A stretch of 32,000 nucleotides of DNA from Promethearchaeum syntrophicum. Its GTDB lineage: Archaea; Asgardarchaeota; Lokiarchaeia; Sigyniarchaeales; Promethearchaeaceae. Location of the stretch: positions 3,750,001-3,782,000 of the forward strand of contig NZ_CP042905.2 in the NCBI RefSeq assembly GCF_008000775.2, written 5' to 3'. The notes under the pieces were generated by a model, which did no database searches, was not told the DNA's origin, and worked only from the letters and a program-made list of their open reading frames with translations. The translations under genes were made by a program, and so were the position numbers. This document shows positions 1 to 9,617 of the stretch, piece by piece. The number at the start of each line of letters is the position of its first letter. The stretch's first letter is position 1.

Positions 1-3000
1 TCCTTCAGCATTTATAGCAGAAATTTGATAATAATAGATTTGACCATTAGTTAAACCTAGATCAGTATAAGTTAAAACATCTCCAACTGAAGTGAAAAAT
101 GATAAACTCCCAGAACTGGTTCCTCTATAAATATTATAGCCCGTAATAGCAGACCCACCATCACTTAAAGGTGCACCCCAAGTTAATTCTATCTGTGCAT
201 CTCCTGGAAATGTTTGAAGATTTTGAGGTGCACTCGGAAAGGGACTATCTGGAATCCAGCGAATATAGTCTATCCAGGCACAATCACTTCCACTAGATAC
301 ACTGCCATCTTTACTATAAGTCCATCGAATAGTATGTTCACCTTCAGATATATCTTGGGTAAATTCAGTAAAGGGAACTGTTCCTGATACAGATAAGCCA
401 CTTAAAACTCCATCAATATATAATCTTAAATAATCGTAATATTGCTCTGATGAAATTCCATACCAAAATTGAAGAGAGCCCGCTCCATTAACTGTTGTTT
501 CAATCCATGTACTTTGACTATCGACAATATCTCCACTTTCAACCGCATCTCCTCCATAATAAGTCGTCGTCGTTTGAGAAAACCAATCTGAGTCCCCTCC
601 AGTGCTGAAGGATAACTCGTAATTATCGACACCTTCATCTAACTGTTCATAAATAAGAGTAACACTCACTTCATCGCATAAGGGCCCTTCTCCTTCAGTA
701 TTATTAGCAGAAATTTGATAATAATAAATTTGTCCATTGGTTAAACCAGTATCAGTATAGGTCAAAACATTTCCAATTGAGGTGAATAATGATAAACTCC
801 CAGAACTGGTTCCTCTATAAATATTATAACCTGTAATAACAGACCCACCATCACTTAAAGGTGTACCCCAAGTTAATTCTACCTGTTCATCTCCTGGAAT
901 TGCTTGAAGATTTTGAGGTACGGTTGGAGCACCCAATGGAGTAGTACTCACTTCATCACATAATGGCCCTTCTCCTTCAGTATTATTAGCAGAAATTTGA
1001 TAATAATAAATTTGTCCATTGGTTAAACCAGTATCAGTATAGGTCAAAACATCTCCAATTGAAGTGAATAATGATAAACTCCCAGAACTGGTTCCTCTAT
1101 AAATATTATAGCCCGTAATAGCAGAGTCACCAACACTTAAAGGTGCATCCCAAGTTAATTCTACCTGTTCATCTCCTGGAATTGCTTGAAGATTTTGAGG
1201 GGCACTTGGAACACCCAATGGAGTAGCACTCACTTCATCACATAAGGGCCCTTCTCCTTCAGTATTATTAGCAGAAATTTGATAATAATAGATTTGTCCA
1301 TTGGTTAAACCAGTATCAGTATAGCTCAAAACATCTCCAATTGAAGTGAATAATGATAAACTCCCAGAACTGGTTCCTCTATAAATATTATAACCTGTAA
1401 TAACAGACCCACCATCACTTAAAGGTGCACCCCAAGTTAATTCTACCTGTTCATCTCCTGGAATTGCTTGAAGATTTTGAGGTACGGTTGGAGCACCCAA
1501 TGGAGTAGTACTCACTTCATCACATAATGGCCCTTCTCCTTCAGTATTTTTCGCAGAAATTTGATAATAATAAATTTGCCCATTGGTTAAACCAGTATCA
1601 GTATAGCTCAAAACATCTCCAATTGAAGTGAATAATGATAAACTCCCAGAACTGGTCCCTCTATAAATATTATAGCCCGTAATAGCAGAGTCACCAGCAC
1701 TTAAAGGTGCATCCCAAGTTAATTCTACCTGTTCATCTCCTGGAATTGCTTGAAGATTTTGAGGGGCACTTGGAACACCCAATGGAGTAGCACTCACTTC
1801 ATCACATAATGGCCCTTCTCCTTCAGTATTATTAGCAGAAATTTGATAATAATAAATTTGTCCATTGGTTAAACCAGTATCAGTATAGGTCAAAACATCT
1901 CCAATTGAGGTGAATAATGATAAACTCCCAGAACTGGTCCCTCTATAAATATTATAGCCCGTAATAGCAGAGTCACCAGCACTTAAAGGTGCATCCCAAG
2001 TTAATTCTACTTGTTCATCTCCTGGAATTGCTTGAAGATTTTGAGGGGCACTTGGGAGGGGACTATCTGGAATCCAGCTAATATAATCTATCCAGGCACA
2101 ATCACTTCCATCAGATACACTACCATCTTTACTATAAGTCCATCGAATAGTATGCAAACCTTCAGATATGGCTTGGGTAAATTCTGTAAAGGGAACTGTC
2201 CCTGAGATAGATAAGCCACTTAATACTCCATCTATATATAAATTTAAATAATCCCAACCGCTCTCAGATGAAACACTATACCAAAATTGAAGAGAACCTG
2301 CTCCATTAACTGCGGTTTCAATCCATGTACTTTGATCATCGTCAATATTTCCGCTTTCAACCGCATCTCCTCCATAATAAGTTGTCGTCGTTTGTGAGAA
2401 CCAATCTGCGTCCCCTCCAGTGGTGAAAGAGAGCGCATAATTATCGACTGCTTCACCCAACAGATCATAAATAGGAGTAGCACTCACTTCATTACATAAT
2501 GGTCCTTCTCCTTCAGTATTAATAGCAGAAATTTGATAATAATAGGTTTGTCCATTGGTCAGGCCAGTGTCTGTATAAATTAAAACATCTCCAACTGAAG
2601 TGAATAATGTTAAACTCCCAGAACTGGTTCCTCTATAAATATTATATGCCGTAATAGCAGACCCACCATCACTTAAAGGAGCTCCCCAAGTTAATTCTAC
2701 TTGTGCATCACCTGGAATTGTTTGAAGATTTTGAGGAGCACTTGGTAAATTACTCGGAGTAGCACTCACTTCATCACATAATGGCCCTTCTCCTTCATCA
2801 TTTATAGCAGAAATTTGATAATAATAGATCTGTTCATTCGTCAAACCAAGATCAGTATAGGTTAAAACATCTCCAACTGAAGTGAATATAGATAAACTCC
2901 CAGAACTTAAACCCCTATAGATGTTATATCCCGTAATAGCAGACCCACCATCACTTAAAGGAGCTCCCCAAGTTAATTCTACTTGTGCATCTCCTGGAAT

Positions 3001-5364
3001 TGCCTGAACATTTGATGGTTCAGTAATTGGAACTTCTCCAACAGTTAATTCAGCAAGTCCTTCACCAGAAATAGCTTTTACTACTAAATAATACCGCCCT
3101 GTTTCACTGGGAATAAACGTTACAGATTCATCTTGACCTATAGTACTGGAAATTCCAGAGTCATCTAAAACTGGATCTCCAGTTGTGGTTGGATCATCGT
3201 TGTAAATGTAAAGATCAAAATCTGCATCACCAGGAATATCTAACATTATAGCATAAGGAACACCACTAACCATATCCATATAACGTCCAAAACCATGTTT
3301 TTGAGAAGGGTTAATCAAACTGCTTGCAATTGAGACACTAACGGGGGTATCATAATCTAATTGCTGAGTATAAGCCTCTAATGCCATATCAATATTTATC
3401 CTTCCATATCCTTCATGAATATCTTTAGTTCCACGATTTAAGAGTGGTGAGGTACCAGAACTCTCTAATTCTCTAATTAGAGGGTATGTCTCGGTTGCAG
3501 TCATTAATATTAGAGATTTAACTTTTTTCGCTTGTTCTGCCGTATATACCCAATTATCACTGCCACCCATTGCTTCTATTAATAGATTGGCAGCTCCTGC
3601 CACTGCTGGACAAGACATTGAAGTACCTTGGGCACCCATAAGATCATTGGAGTAAGAATCAGTATAGATCCCGCTAACATCATTGTCATTGGTGTCTGTA
3701 GAAAACATTTGTAAAGCTAACACACTTCCTCCTGGAGCGGTGATATCAGGTTTTATGGTTGTGCCATAAAAAGAACTTCCTCCTTGACTACTATAATCGG
3801 TTGTTTCATCGTATACATTCATAGCAGCTACAGATATTACATTTTCAGCATTTCCTGGGCTCCCGACATTGTTTGCTCCTGAACCACTATTTCCTGCGGA
3901 ACAGACAACAACTATTCCCTCTTCCACGGCATTATTTACTGCATCAACCATCGTAGAGGTACTACCTCCACCCAAGCTCATCGATATCGCTGTAATATTG
4001 TAAATTTCTTTATTTGCAATAACCCAATTAACCCCATCAATAATATCTGTCGTAGGTCCACTTCCAAATCTATCAAGTGCTTTCACTCCAACTAGATGGG
4101 TATCATTTGCTACTCCACGCCAAGCATCTCCGGAACCCATTAAATCTTCAGCAAAATTCCAATGAGTTTCAAATCGACTCGCAAAATCCATATCGGTAGT
4201 ATAACCATCACTATTTCCATCTCGAAGTGAAAGGCCGATATTAATATTATATTCTCCAAGTTCATTGCTTGGAACATCATAAGTTAAAGTTGTTGTCCAT
4301 GAAGGCAAATCTACTGCATAACTGTCTTTTTCTATTCCTTGATAATAGAGGTATGCATATCCATAGACAAAGTCCGAACTAGATGTGTCATCATCAAATT
4401 GGCAATAAACATCAATTACTCCTGGTTGAGTAACATTGAACTTAATAAGTGGAATTTCAATATCTTGAACAGGTATGTCTAAGCCTGGAAGATCTAAGTT
4501 CAAACCATTAGTGGCAACCGTTCTCCCTAGTCCATCAAGAGTAGGAGTTCCCATTCCAGTTGAAATTCCTGAACAATGTGAGCCGTGACCATTATCATCA
4601 TAGGGAGCACTCTGAATATTAAGAGGTGTTTCATCTCGCCAGCCCACCACTTTTGAACTGTAATCACCATCTGTATAACCTGAATGCATTACATGAGATT
4701 CATCAATACCTGTATCTATAATCGCAAGCGCTGTTGTTTCATCTCCATCATACCCCAAGGTATTCCATACATATGGGCGAAGATTCATATTCTTACCAGT
4801 ATAATACAATTGTGAATTAACAATTACATCTTCCTCAATAAAGAAAAGCACATTCGATTGTAATAGCATTTCACGATATGCTTCGAATTGAGTTAAACTG
4901 ATACGACCTCCAAAAGCATTGAGAAAGGGTGAAAAATTACTTTTCACTACTCCCTCGTATTCTTCAAAGAAGTTTAATACTTCAATGAAATTTTTTTCAG
5001 TCGATCTGATAATCACATCAATATTTTCCTCTTTATTAATCAGATTTTGATTAGATCGAATTTCACCAAATATTTCTGAATATTTTAGTTTTTCCACAGA
5101 GATTAAATTAGTGTTATAGTTGGCTAAATTTTGTAATTTGGCATCTAAACCATCACTAATATAATTTCCATCAAGATCAATATTTTGATATTTTAATCTC
5201 CAATTATTTCCTTCATTTGAAGATTCTATATCAAATTTATTAAAAGATGGTTCAATAGCATGAGCTTCATTAGGAGTTACAGTACTTGCGAATATATTTC
5301 CACAAGCACTACAAAGAAGAAAACTCATAATGAAGAGGGCAATAAATTTCTTGTTATTTTTCAT
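1..5364 (-). CDS. Giant secreted S8 family (subtilisin-like) serine protease with PPC, FN3 and concanavalin/MAM-like repeats; partial, C-terminus beyond left edge
   Basis: My translation from ATG (5364-5362) gives MKNNKKFIALFIMSFLLCSACGNIFAS (signal-like), ALAIIDTGID (catalytic Asp), DDNGHGSHCSGIS (His), QGTSMSCPAVAGAANLL (Ser). A PPC-like segment follows (DADFDLYIYNDD...GRYYLVVKAISGEGLAELTV), then repeated SAPQNLQAIPGDxQVELTW...YNIYRGTSSGSL...YYYQISAxNxEGEG FN3 units. It is absent from the ORF track, as expected if it has no stop inside the window. Confidence 0.93.
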   Translation of the reverse strand, partial: MKNNKKFIALFIMSFLLCSACGNIFASTVTPNEAHAIEPSFNKFDIESSNEGNNWRLKYQNIDLDGNYISDGLDAKLQNLANYNTNLISVEKLKYSEIFGEIRSNQNLINKEENIDVIIRSTEKNFIEVLNFFEEYEGVVKSNFSPFLNAFGGRISLTQFEAYREMLLQSNVLFFIEEDVIVNSQLYYTGKNMNLRPYVWNTLGYDGDETTALAIIDTGIDESHVMHSGYTDGDYSSKVVGWRDETPLNIQSAPYDDNGHGSHCSGISTGMGTPTLDGLGRTVATNGLNLDLPGLDIPVQDIEIPLIKFNVTQPGVIDVYCQFDDDTSSSDFVYGYAYLYYQGIEKDSYAVDLPSWTTTLTYDVPSNELGEYNINIGLSLRDGNSDGYTTDMDFASRFETHWNFAEDLMGSGDAWRGVANDTHLVGVKALDRFGSGPTTDIIDGVNWVIANKEIYNITAISMSLGGGSTSTMVDAVNNAVEEGIVVVCSAGNSGSGANNVGSPGNAENVISVAAMNVYDETTDYSSQGGSSFYGTTIKPDITAPGGSVLALQMFSTDTNDNDVSGIYTDSYSNDLMGAQGTSMSCPAVAGAANLLIEAMGGSDNWVYTAEQAKKVKSLILMTATETYPLIRELESSGTSPLLNRGTKDIHEGYGRINIDMALEAYTQQLDYDTPVSVSIASSLINPSQKHGFGRYMDMVSGVPYAIMLDIPGDADFDLYIYNDDPTTTGDPVLDDSGISSTIGQDESVTFIPSETGRYYLVVKAISGEGLAELTVGEVPITEPSNVQAIPGDAQVELTWGAPLSDGGSAITGYNIYRGLSSGSLSIFTSVGDVLTYTDLGLTNEQIYYYQISAINDEGEGPLCDEVSATPSNLPSAPQNLQTIPGDAQVELTWGAPLSDGGSAITAYNIYRGTSSGSLTLFTSVGDVLIYTDTGLTNGQTYYYQISAINTEGEGPLCNEVSATPIYDLLGEAVDNYALSFTTGGDADWFSQTTTTYYGGDAVESGNIDDDQSTWIETAVNGAGSLQFWYSVSSESGWDYLNLYIDGVLSGLSISGTVPFTEFTQAISEGLHTIRWTYSKDGSVSDGSDCAWIDYISWIPDSPLPSAPQNLQAIPGDEQVELTWDAPLSAGDSAITGYNIYRGTSSGSLSLFTSIGDVLTYTDTGLTNGQIYYYQISANNTEGEGPLCDEVSATPLGVPSAPQNLQAIPGDEQVELTWDAPLSAGDSAITGYNIYRGTSSGSLSLFTSIGDVLSYTDTGLTNGQIYYYQISAKNTEGEGPLCDEVSTTPLGAPTVPQNLQAIPGDEQVELTWGAPLSDGGSVITGYNIYRGTSSGSLSLFTSIGDVLSYTDTGLTNGQIYYYQISANNTEGEGPLCDEVSATPLGVPSAPQNLQAIPGDEQVELTWDAPLSVGDSAITGYNIYRGTSSGSLSLFTSIGDVLTYTDTGLTNGQIYYYQISANNTEGEGPLCDEVSTTPLGAPTVPQNLQAIPGDEQVELTWGTPLSDGGSVITGYNIYRGTSSGSLSLFTSIGNVLTYTDTGLTNGQIYYYQISANNTEGEGPLCDEVSVTLIYEQLDEGVDNYELSFSTGGDSDWFSQTTTTYYGGDAVESGDIVDSQSTWIETTVNGAGSLQFWYGISSEQYYDYLRLYIDGVLSGLSVSGTVPFTEFTQDISEGEHTIRWTYSKDGSVSSGSDCAWIDYIRWIPDSPFPSAPQNLQTFPGDAQIELTWGAPLSDGGSAITGYNIYRGTSSGSLSFFTSVGDVLTYTDLGLTNGQIYYYQISAINAEG
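255..655 (-). repeat. Second copy of concanavalin/MAM-like beta-sandwich domain in the protease
   Basis: DNA 'tggaatccagcgaatatagtctatccaggcacaatcacttcc...' near-duplicates 2078-2470. Encodes ...GSLQFWY...EQYDYLRLYIDGVLSGLS...EGEHTIRWTYSKDGSVSSGSDCAWIDYI. Confidence 0.75.
917..2045 (-). repeat. Tandem FN3-encoding repeats, unit about 282 bp (94 aa), with a 564-bp higher-order (two-unit) duplication
   Basis: Markers 'ggtacggttggagcacccaatggagtagtactc' at about 917 and 1481, and 'ggggcacttggaacacccaatggagtagcactc' at about 1199 and 1763, are each exactly 564 bp apart with near-identical sequence between. Confidence 0.9.
2070..2470 (-). repeat. First copy of concanavalin/MAM-like beta-sandwich domain in the protease
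   Basis: Encodes GGDADWFSQTTTTYYGGDAVESGNIDDDQSTWIETAVNGAGSLQFWYSVSSESGWDYLNLYIDGVLSGLS...RWTYSKDGSVSDGSDCAWIDYISWIPDS. Confidence 0.75.
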
Positions 5365-5698
5365 TTTAATTACACCAACCTAGGATGAATACACCTTTCA
5401 AATTTATGAGACAGAACATAGATATTTTGAGATATACTATCCTTATTGATTAAGTTTGATATCTAATGATTTTTCAATCACTAAAATTTCAAATCCCACA
5501 ATAAAAGTGTATATTCTTAAACAATATTTCTAGATTAAAAATTTTCACTATGTAATTCCATATGGTTACTTAACATAAGAAAAAAGATATGGAGTAAAAG
5601 AATCTCTACAGAATTTGAATAAAAGGTTTCCTGAGATGCATGATCACTCCTAATTTCTAAATTTTCTTTAGATTCAAATCATTCCATAGATTTTAATT

Positions 5699-6259
5699 TT
5701 ATACATTCAAAGCCATTTTTCTTCCTAATTTATAGATTTGAGATAATTTTTCAGGTATTTTTATAATAGGTATGTCTTCCTGCGTTTCTGGATTATAGGT
5801 TTGACATGGAAAAGTATGCAAATCTAAGTGGAAAAAAGGAGCAATTCTTTTGAAGAAATTTTCCGCAGATTCATAATGATGCCGATAAGTCATAATAACA
5901 ACTACAGTTTTACCCCCAAATCCTTCCCATGCCAGAGATTCCATTCGATCCATTGCAATTTTCATTTGTCCAGATAAATACCCCCAATACATTGGAGTTG
6001 CATAAATTACAATATCAGCATTTTTATATGATTTATAGATCTGTTGCATATCATCTTGGATTTTGCACAGGTGTTGAGCAGAATTCTCGCAATATAGACA
6101 CCCTTGACATGGAGTAATCTGCATCTCGTTTAAATAAAAATGATCTTCTTGAACGGTAATTTTTGATTTAAATCCTTCAAGATATTTCTTTACAAGTGTG
6201 TCAGAATTATGATTTTTCCTCGGACTTCCATGCAATATAACAATTCGAACCATTATCAT
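5699..6259 (-). CDS. NAD(P)H-dependent FMN reductase / flavodoxin-fold iron-sulfur flavoprotein-like
   Basis: ILHGSPRKNHNSDTL phosphate-binding loop, CQGCLYC, ADIVIYATPMYWGYLSGQMKIAMDR. Confidence 0.88.
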   Translation of the reverse strand: MIMVRIVILHGSPRKNHNSDTLVKKYLEGFKSKITVQEDHFYLNEMQITPCQGCLYCENSAQHLCKIQDDMQQIYKSYKNADIVIYATPMYWGYLSGQMKIAMDRMESLAWEGFGGKTVVVIMTYRHHYESAENFFKRIAPFFHLDLHTFPCQTYNPETQEDIPIIKIPEKLSQIYKLGRKMALNV

Positions 6260-6350
6260 TTCCTCAATATTGAATAATAAAAATGTAAATTAGAGATAAT
6301 TGATAAAATCATTGGAAAAATTATTAATTTCTTTTTCGTAATGTATCTCA

Positions 6351-7472
6351 ATGAAAATAAATCCATTCAAATTAGAACGTTTTTTTGCAAAATATGAGTT
6401 TAAAGCTCAATTTATGCTCGGGAGTTCGGATTGTGAGTCACTTTCGATTAAGGAGATCTTAGAATTAGAACCAGATAGTGAACAAAATTTTCTTAAAACT
6501 TATTTAGGATATACAGAAAGCGAAGGATTGCCATTATTAAGAGAAGAAATTGCAAAATTATATCAAAAAGTGGATTCTCCCCATATATTTTGTTTCGCAG
6601 GAGCTCAAGAAGCAATTTTTAATTTTATGAATACCCTTTTAAATCCGGGAGATCATATTATTGTTCAATTTCCTGCATATCAATCATTATACGAAGTCGC
6701 ATATGCAAATAATTGTGAGGTAACTAAATGGCCTATGATTGAGGATAATAATTGGGAATTAGATCTCGATTTTCTTGAAACAAATATTAAAACAAATACA
6801 AAAGCAATAATTGTTAACACCCCAAATAATCCAACAGGTGCACATTTTTCCCAAGAGCATTGGAAAAAATTAATTGAAATAGCGCGATCTCATAATCTGA
6901 TACTATTTTCAGATGAAGTTTACCGATTTTTAGAATTAGATCCAAATGATCATCTAACACCGGCTTGTGATTTATATGAAAATGCAATTTCGTTAGGAGT
7001 AATGTCTAAATCATTTGGTTTGGCAGGGTTACGAATTGGATGGATTGCAACTCAAAATGATGATTTGCTTAGGTATTTTAAAGAATTTAAGGATTTTACT
7101 ACTATTTGTAATAGTGCTCCGAGTGAAATTTTGGCATTAATTGCCTTAAGAAACAAGGAGAAGTTATTGAAACGAAATTTATCAATAGTAAGATCTAATT
7201 TACAACTATTAGATGAATTTTTCTTAAAAAACAAAAACATGTTTCAATGGATTCGACCTAAAGCAGGATCCATCGGGTTTGTTCGGTTAAAAAATAACGT
7301 GAACAGTGAGGATTTTTGTATTGATATTGTAGAACACACGGGTGTTTTACTTGTACCCAGTACCCTTTTTAATTTTGGACCATCACATTTTAGAATTGGT
7401 TTTGGAAGAAAAAATCTACCTGTCGTTCTAAAGCACTTTGAACAGTTCCTCGAAAAGAAAAAAGAAAAATAA
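6351..7472 (+). CDS. PLP-dependent class I/II aminotransferase
   Basis: NTPNNPTGA, LILFSDEVYR, SLGVMSKSFGLAGLRIGW (PLP lysine), FRIGFGR. Confidence 0.93.
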   Translation: MKINPFKLERFFAKYEFKAQFMLGSSDCESLSIKEILELEPDSEQNFLKTYLGYTESEGLPLLREEIAKLYQKVDSPHIFCFAGAQEAIFNFMNTLLNPGDHIIVQFPAYQSLYEVAYANNCEVTKWPMIEDNNWELDLDFLETNIKTNTKAIIVNTPNNPTGAHFSQEHWKKLIEIARSHNLILFSDEVYRFLELDPNDHLTPACDLYENAISLGVMSKSFGLAGLRIGWIATQNDDLLRYFKEFKDFTTICNSAPSEILALIALRNKEKLLKRNLSIVRSNLQLLDEFFLKNKNMFQWIRPKAGSIGFVRLKNNVNSEDFCIDIVEHTGVLLVPSTLFNFGPSHFRIGFGRKNLPVVLKHFEQFLEKKKEK

Positions 7473-7495
7473 ATTAAAAAAAGACTTTAAATCGA

Positions 7496-7849
7496 TTATT
7501 TTAGTTTGATTGGGATAGCATCGGCCATAGGGTCTCGAATTTTTCCTGAAACCAGTAATAATCCATTTTCATATTTCGTCTTCACTGAGTCAGTTTCGAC
7601 ATCCCATGGGAAATATTGAGTCAGTGAGTATAAAACTTCACCACGATGTGCTTTGAGATCATATAAGTTCGGTAAAATCCTAAGTTTGATCTCGGATTTT
7701 TGCACCCCAGGAAGATGTACTTCTAACTCCCATTCCATTTCTTCAGCATCAAAATTGAAATATCGTTTTGGTCGTATTTTATATCTTATTACAGGTTCCA
7801 TATTTTCACGAATAGTGTCATTTTTTTTCTCTACTATGCTTTCAGTCAT
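7496..7849 (-). CDS. Diverged Hsp20/alpha-crystallin-like small protein (paralog 1)
   Basis: ELEVHLPGVQKSEIKLRILPNLYDLKA...VKTKYENGLLLVSGKI resembles the alpha-crystallin domain (LPGVxKxxI ... YENGxLxI). Confidence 0.75.
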   Translation of the reverse strand: MTESIVEKKNDTIRENMEPVIRYKIRPKRYFNFDAEEMEWELEVHLPGVQKSEIKLRILPNLYDLKAHRGEVLYSLTQYFPWDVETDSVKTKYENGLLLVSGKIRDPMADAIPIKLK

Positions 7850-7867
7850 TTTTTTTTCCTCCTAAGA

Positions 7868-8245
7868 TTATACTGTTATTTCTCGAGCTCCATCAAATGG
7901 ATCTTTAATATGGGCGGTAATTTTTAATAACCCATTTTCATATTTTGCGGTAGTCTTTTCTGGTACTACATTTTTTCCGAAACATTGATTTGCCCCATAT
8001 TCAATATGATTTCGATTTGCTTTTAAATGGAACCAGGTTGGTAATACTTTCAGCTCAATGTTTTGTTTCGATACTCCGGGTAAGCTAACTTCTACCTCAA
8101 TTTTTCGATTTTCATAGTCAAGTCTTGATGTCATATCAGGGAACACTCTATAGTAAATTTTATTCTCTTGATCTACTTCGCCATTCTCGTTATTCTTCAA
8201 ATTTTTTGATTCAGATTCTACGATTGCCATTATATTTTTCTCCAT
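7868..8245 (-). CDS. Diverged Hsp20/alpha-crystallin-like small protein (paralog 2)
   Basis: VEVSLPGVSKQNIELKVLPTWFHLKA...TTAKYENGLLKITAHI. Confidence 0.78.
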   Translation of the reverse strand: MEKNIMAIVESESKNLKNNENGEVDQENKIYYRVFPDMTSRLDYENRKIEVEVSLPGVSKQNIELKVLPTWFHLKANRNHIEYGANQCFGKNVVPEKTTAKYENGLLKITAHIKDPFDGAREITV

Positions 8246-8294
8246 TTTTTGTTTTCTATTTGTTTTATATGATTAAAATTAAAAAAAAATTGTT

Positions 8295-8636
8295 TTATTC
8301 AATTTTTACATTGAATGCGTGTTCAAGTGGTTTATAGCGTTTAAGTTCAACTTTCAATAATCCTTCGCTATATGTGGCTTTTGTTTCTTTGGGTTCAATT
8401 TCTACTCCCATATCTAAGTCTAAAGCATATAGAATATCATCACGCTTAGCTCGTAGTGTAAAATAGTCTGTTAACGTTTTCATCTCAATATTTTCCTTTT
8501 TTACACCTGGAAGTGCAGCTTGAATTGTGATTTTATCTTCATCACTCCAAACCCCATAACGTGGTTTAATCCGGTATTTATATTCAGGTTTTCTAGTTTC
8601 TTCAATTGGTTTACTTTCGGTTTTTGCTAATGCCAT
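8295..8636 (-). CDS. Diverged Hsp20/alpha-crystallin-like small protein (paralog 3)
   Basis: ITIQAALPGVKKENIEMKTLTDYFTLRAKRDD...ETKATYSEGLLKVELKR. Confidence 0.8.
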   Translation of the reverse strand: MALAKTESKPIEETRKPEYKYRIKPRYGVWSDEDKITIQAALPGVKKENIEMKTLTDYFTLRAKRDDILYALDLDMGVEIEPKETKATYSEGLLKVELKRYKPLEHAFNVKIE

Positions 8637-8945
8637 AATATTTTCACCATTTTTTGTTTTCTAATTTGATTGACAACTTTTAGTTAACAATCATAATTAT
8701 ATTAAGTCTAAACACATATTTAAACCTATTGCTTATGAAGCAAAATTTGTTTTAAAAAGGAAATAGGATTATTGAAAGTTATTTTTTTCAAAAACTTTAA
8801 AGAATTATTTTTTCCAACATCATTATTTTTTTTTTTGTTATTATATCTTTTTTTTTAATTTTAGTTATTGGATTTTTCAAAACATACATTTCCCTTAATT
8901 TTTTATAAGGAAATCATATAAAACATTTAAACCCGTTATCAATAC

Positions 8946-9392
8946 ATGAAATATCAAGTTGAAATAAAAATAAACCGTTCAATTGATGAGGTTATTCCCT
9001 TATTTGACAGTTTTGAAAATCTCAAAAAATGGCAACCTGGATTGCAATCTTTCGAACACTTGGAAGGTACTCCTGGAGAGAATGGTGCGAAAACGCGTTT
9101 GATTTACATTGAGAAGGGGGGGAGAAATGTAGAAATGATTGAAACAATCATCAATAGAAATCTTCCCGAAGAATTTACTGCAACTTATGATGCAAAAGGG
9201 GTTAAAAATTGGGTCAAGAATCAATTTGTAGAAAGTGGGGCTAACCAAACAAGATGGATTAATGAAAATATATTTAATTTTACTGGATTTATGAAAATTA
9301 TGGGTTTCTTAATGAAATCTGCATTTCCTAAGCAAACATTAAAAGATATGGCATTATTCAAAGATTTTGTTGAAGCTTCACCTAAGAAATGA
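8946..9392 (+). CDS. SRPBCC (START/polyketide cyclase-like) family protein
   Basis: MKYQVEIKINRSIDEVIPLFDSFENLKKWQPGLQSFEHLEG...TRLIYIEKG fits the SRPBCC N-terminal pattern. Confidence 0.75.
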   Translation: MKYQVEIKINRSIDEVIPLFDSFENLKKWQPGLQSFEHLEGTPGENGAKTRLIYIEKGGRNVEMIETIINRNLPEEFTATYDAKGVKNWVKNQFVESGANQTRWINENIFNFTGFMKIMGFLMKSAFPKQTLKDMALFKDFVEASPKK

Positions 9393-9617
9393 TTGGTATT
9401 CAAGAATAAATGCAAAATTAGACATTAAAATTTCTAAAAAATCATTATTTTTTTGAGGGGGTTCAATTCGAACCTTCGATTAATTATTACTGAAAAAAAC
9501 AGATTTAAACACTATTCAAAAAATTATGTATATTTTTTTTCCTAAAATTGTACTAAAATGATGGAACTACACTTTTATTTTGGTAATACTAATAATATGT
9601 CATAGGAATAATGAAAA

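Noticed and set aside
917-2045. Regular short repeats considered as a CRISPR array
   Set aside because: The unit is 282 bp, in frame, and encodes FN3 domains with no short spacers. No CRISPR repeats were found elsewhere in the window.
2011-2205. 64-aa plus-strand ORF, and minus-strand ORFs 426-638 and 2244-2483
   Set aside because: All are alternative frames of the long protease ORF. The two minus ones resemble each other only because they lie in the duplicated beta-sandwich domains.
5929-6117. 62-aa plus ORF antisense to the FMN reductase
   Set aside because: Antisense shadow of a well-supported coding gene.
7052-7240. Minus ORF antisense to the aminotransferase
   Set aside because: Shadow ORF; no independent coding signature.
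7653-8337. Plus-strand ORFs 7653-7865 and 8125-8337
   Set aside because: Antisense to the Hsp20-like genes; composition fits reverse-complement artefacts.
9390-9392. TGA ending the SRPBCC gene considered as possible Sec
   Set aside because: The downstream frame stops after about a dozen codons with no conserved motif, so it is read as an ordinary stop.
9000-9415. Minus-strand ORFs 9000-9248 and 9221-9415
   Set aside because: Antisense to the SRPBCC gene.
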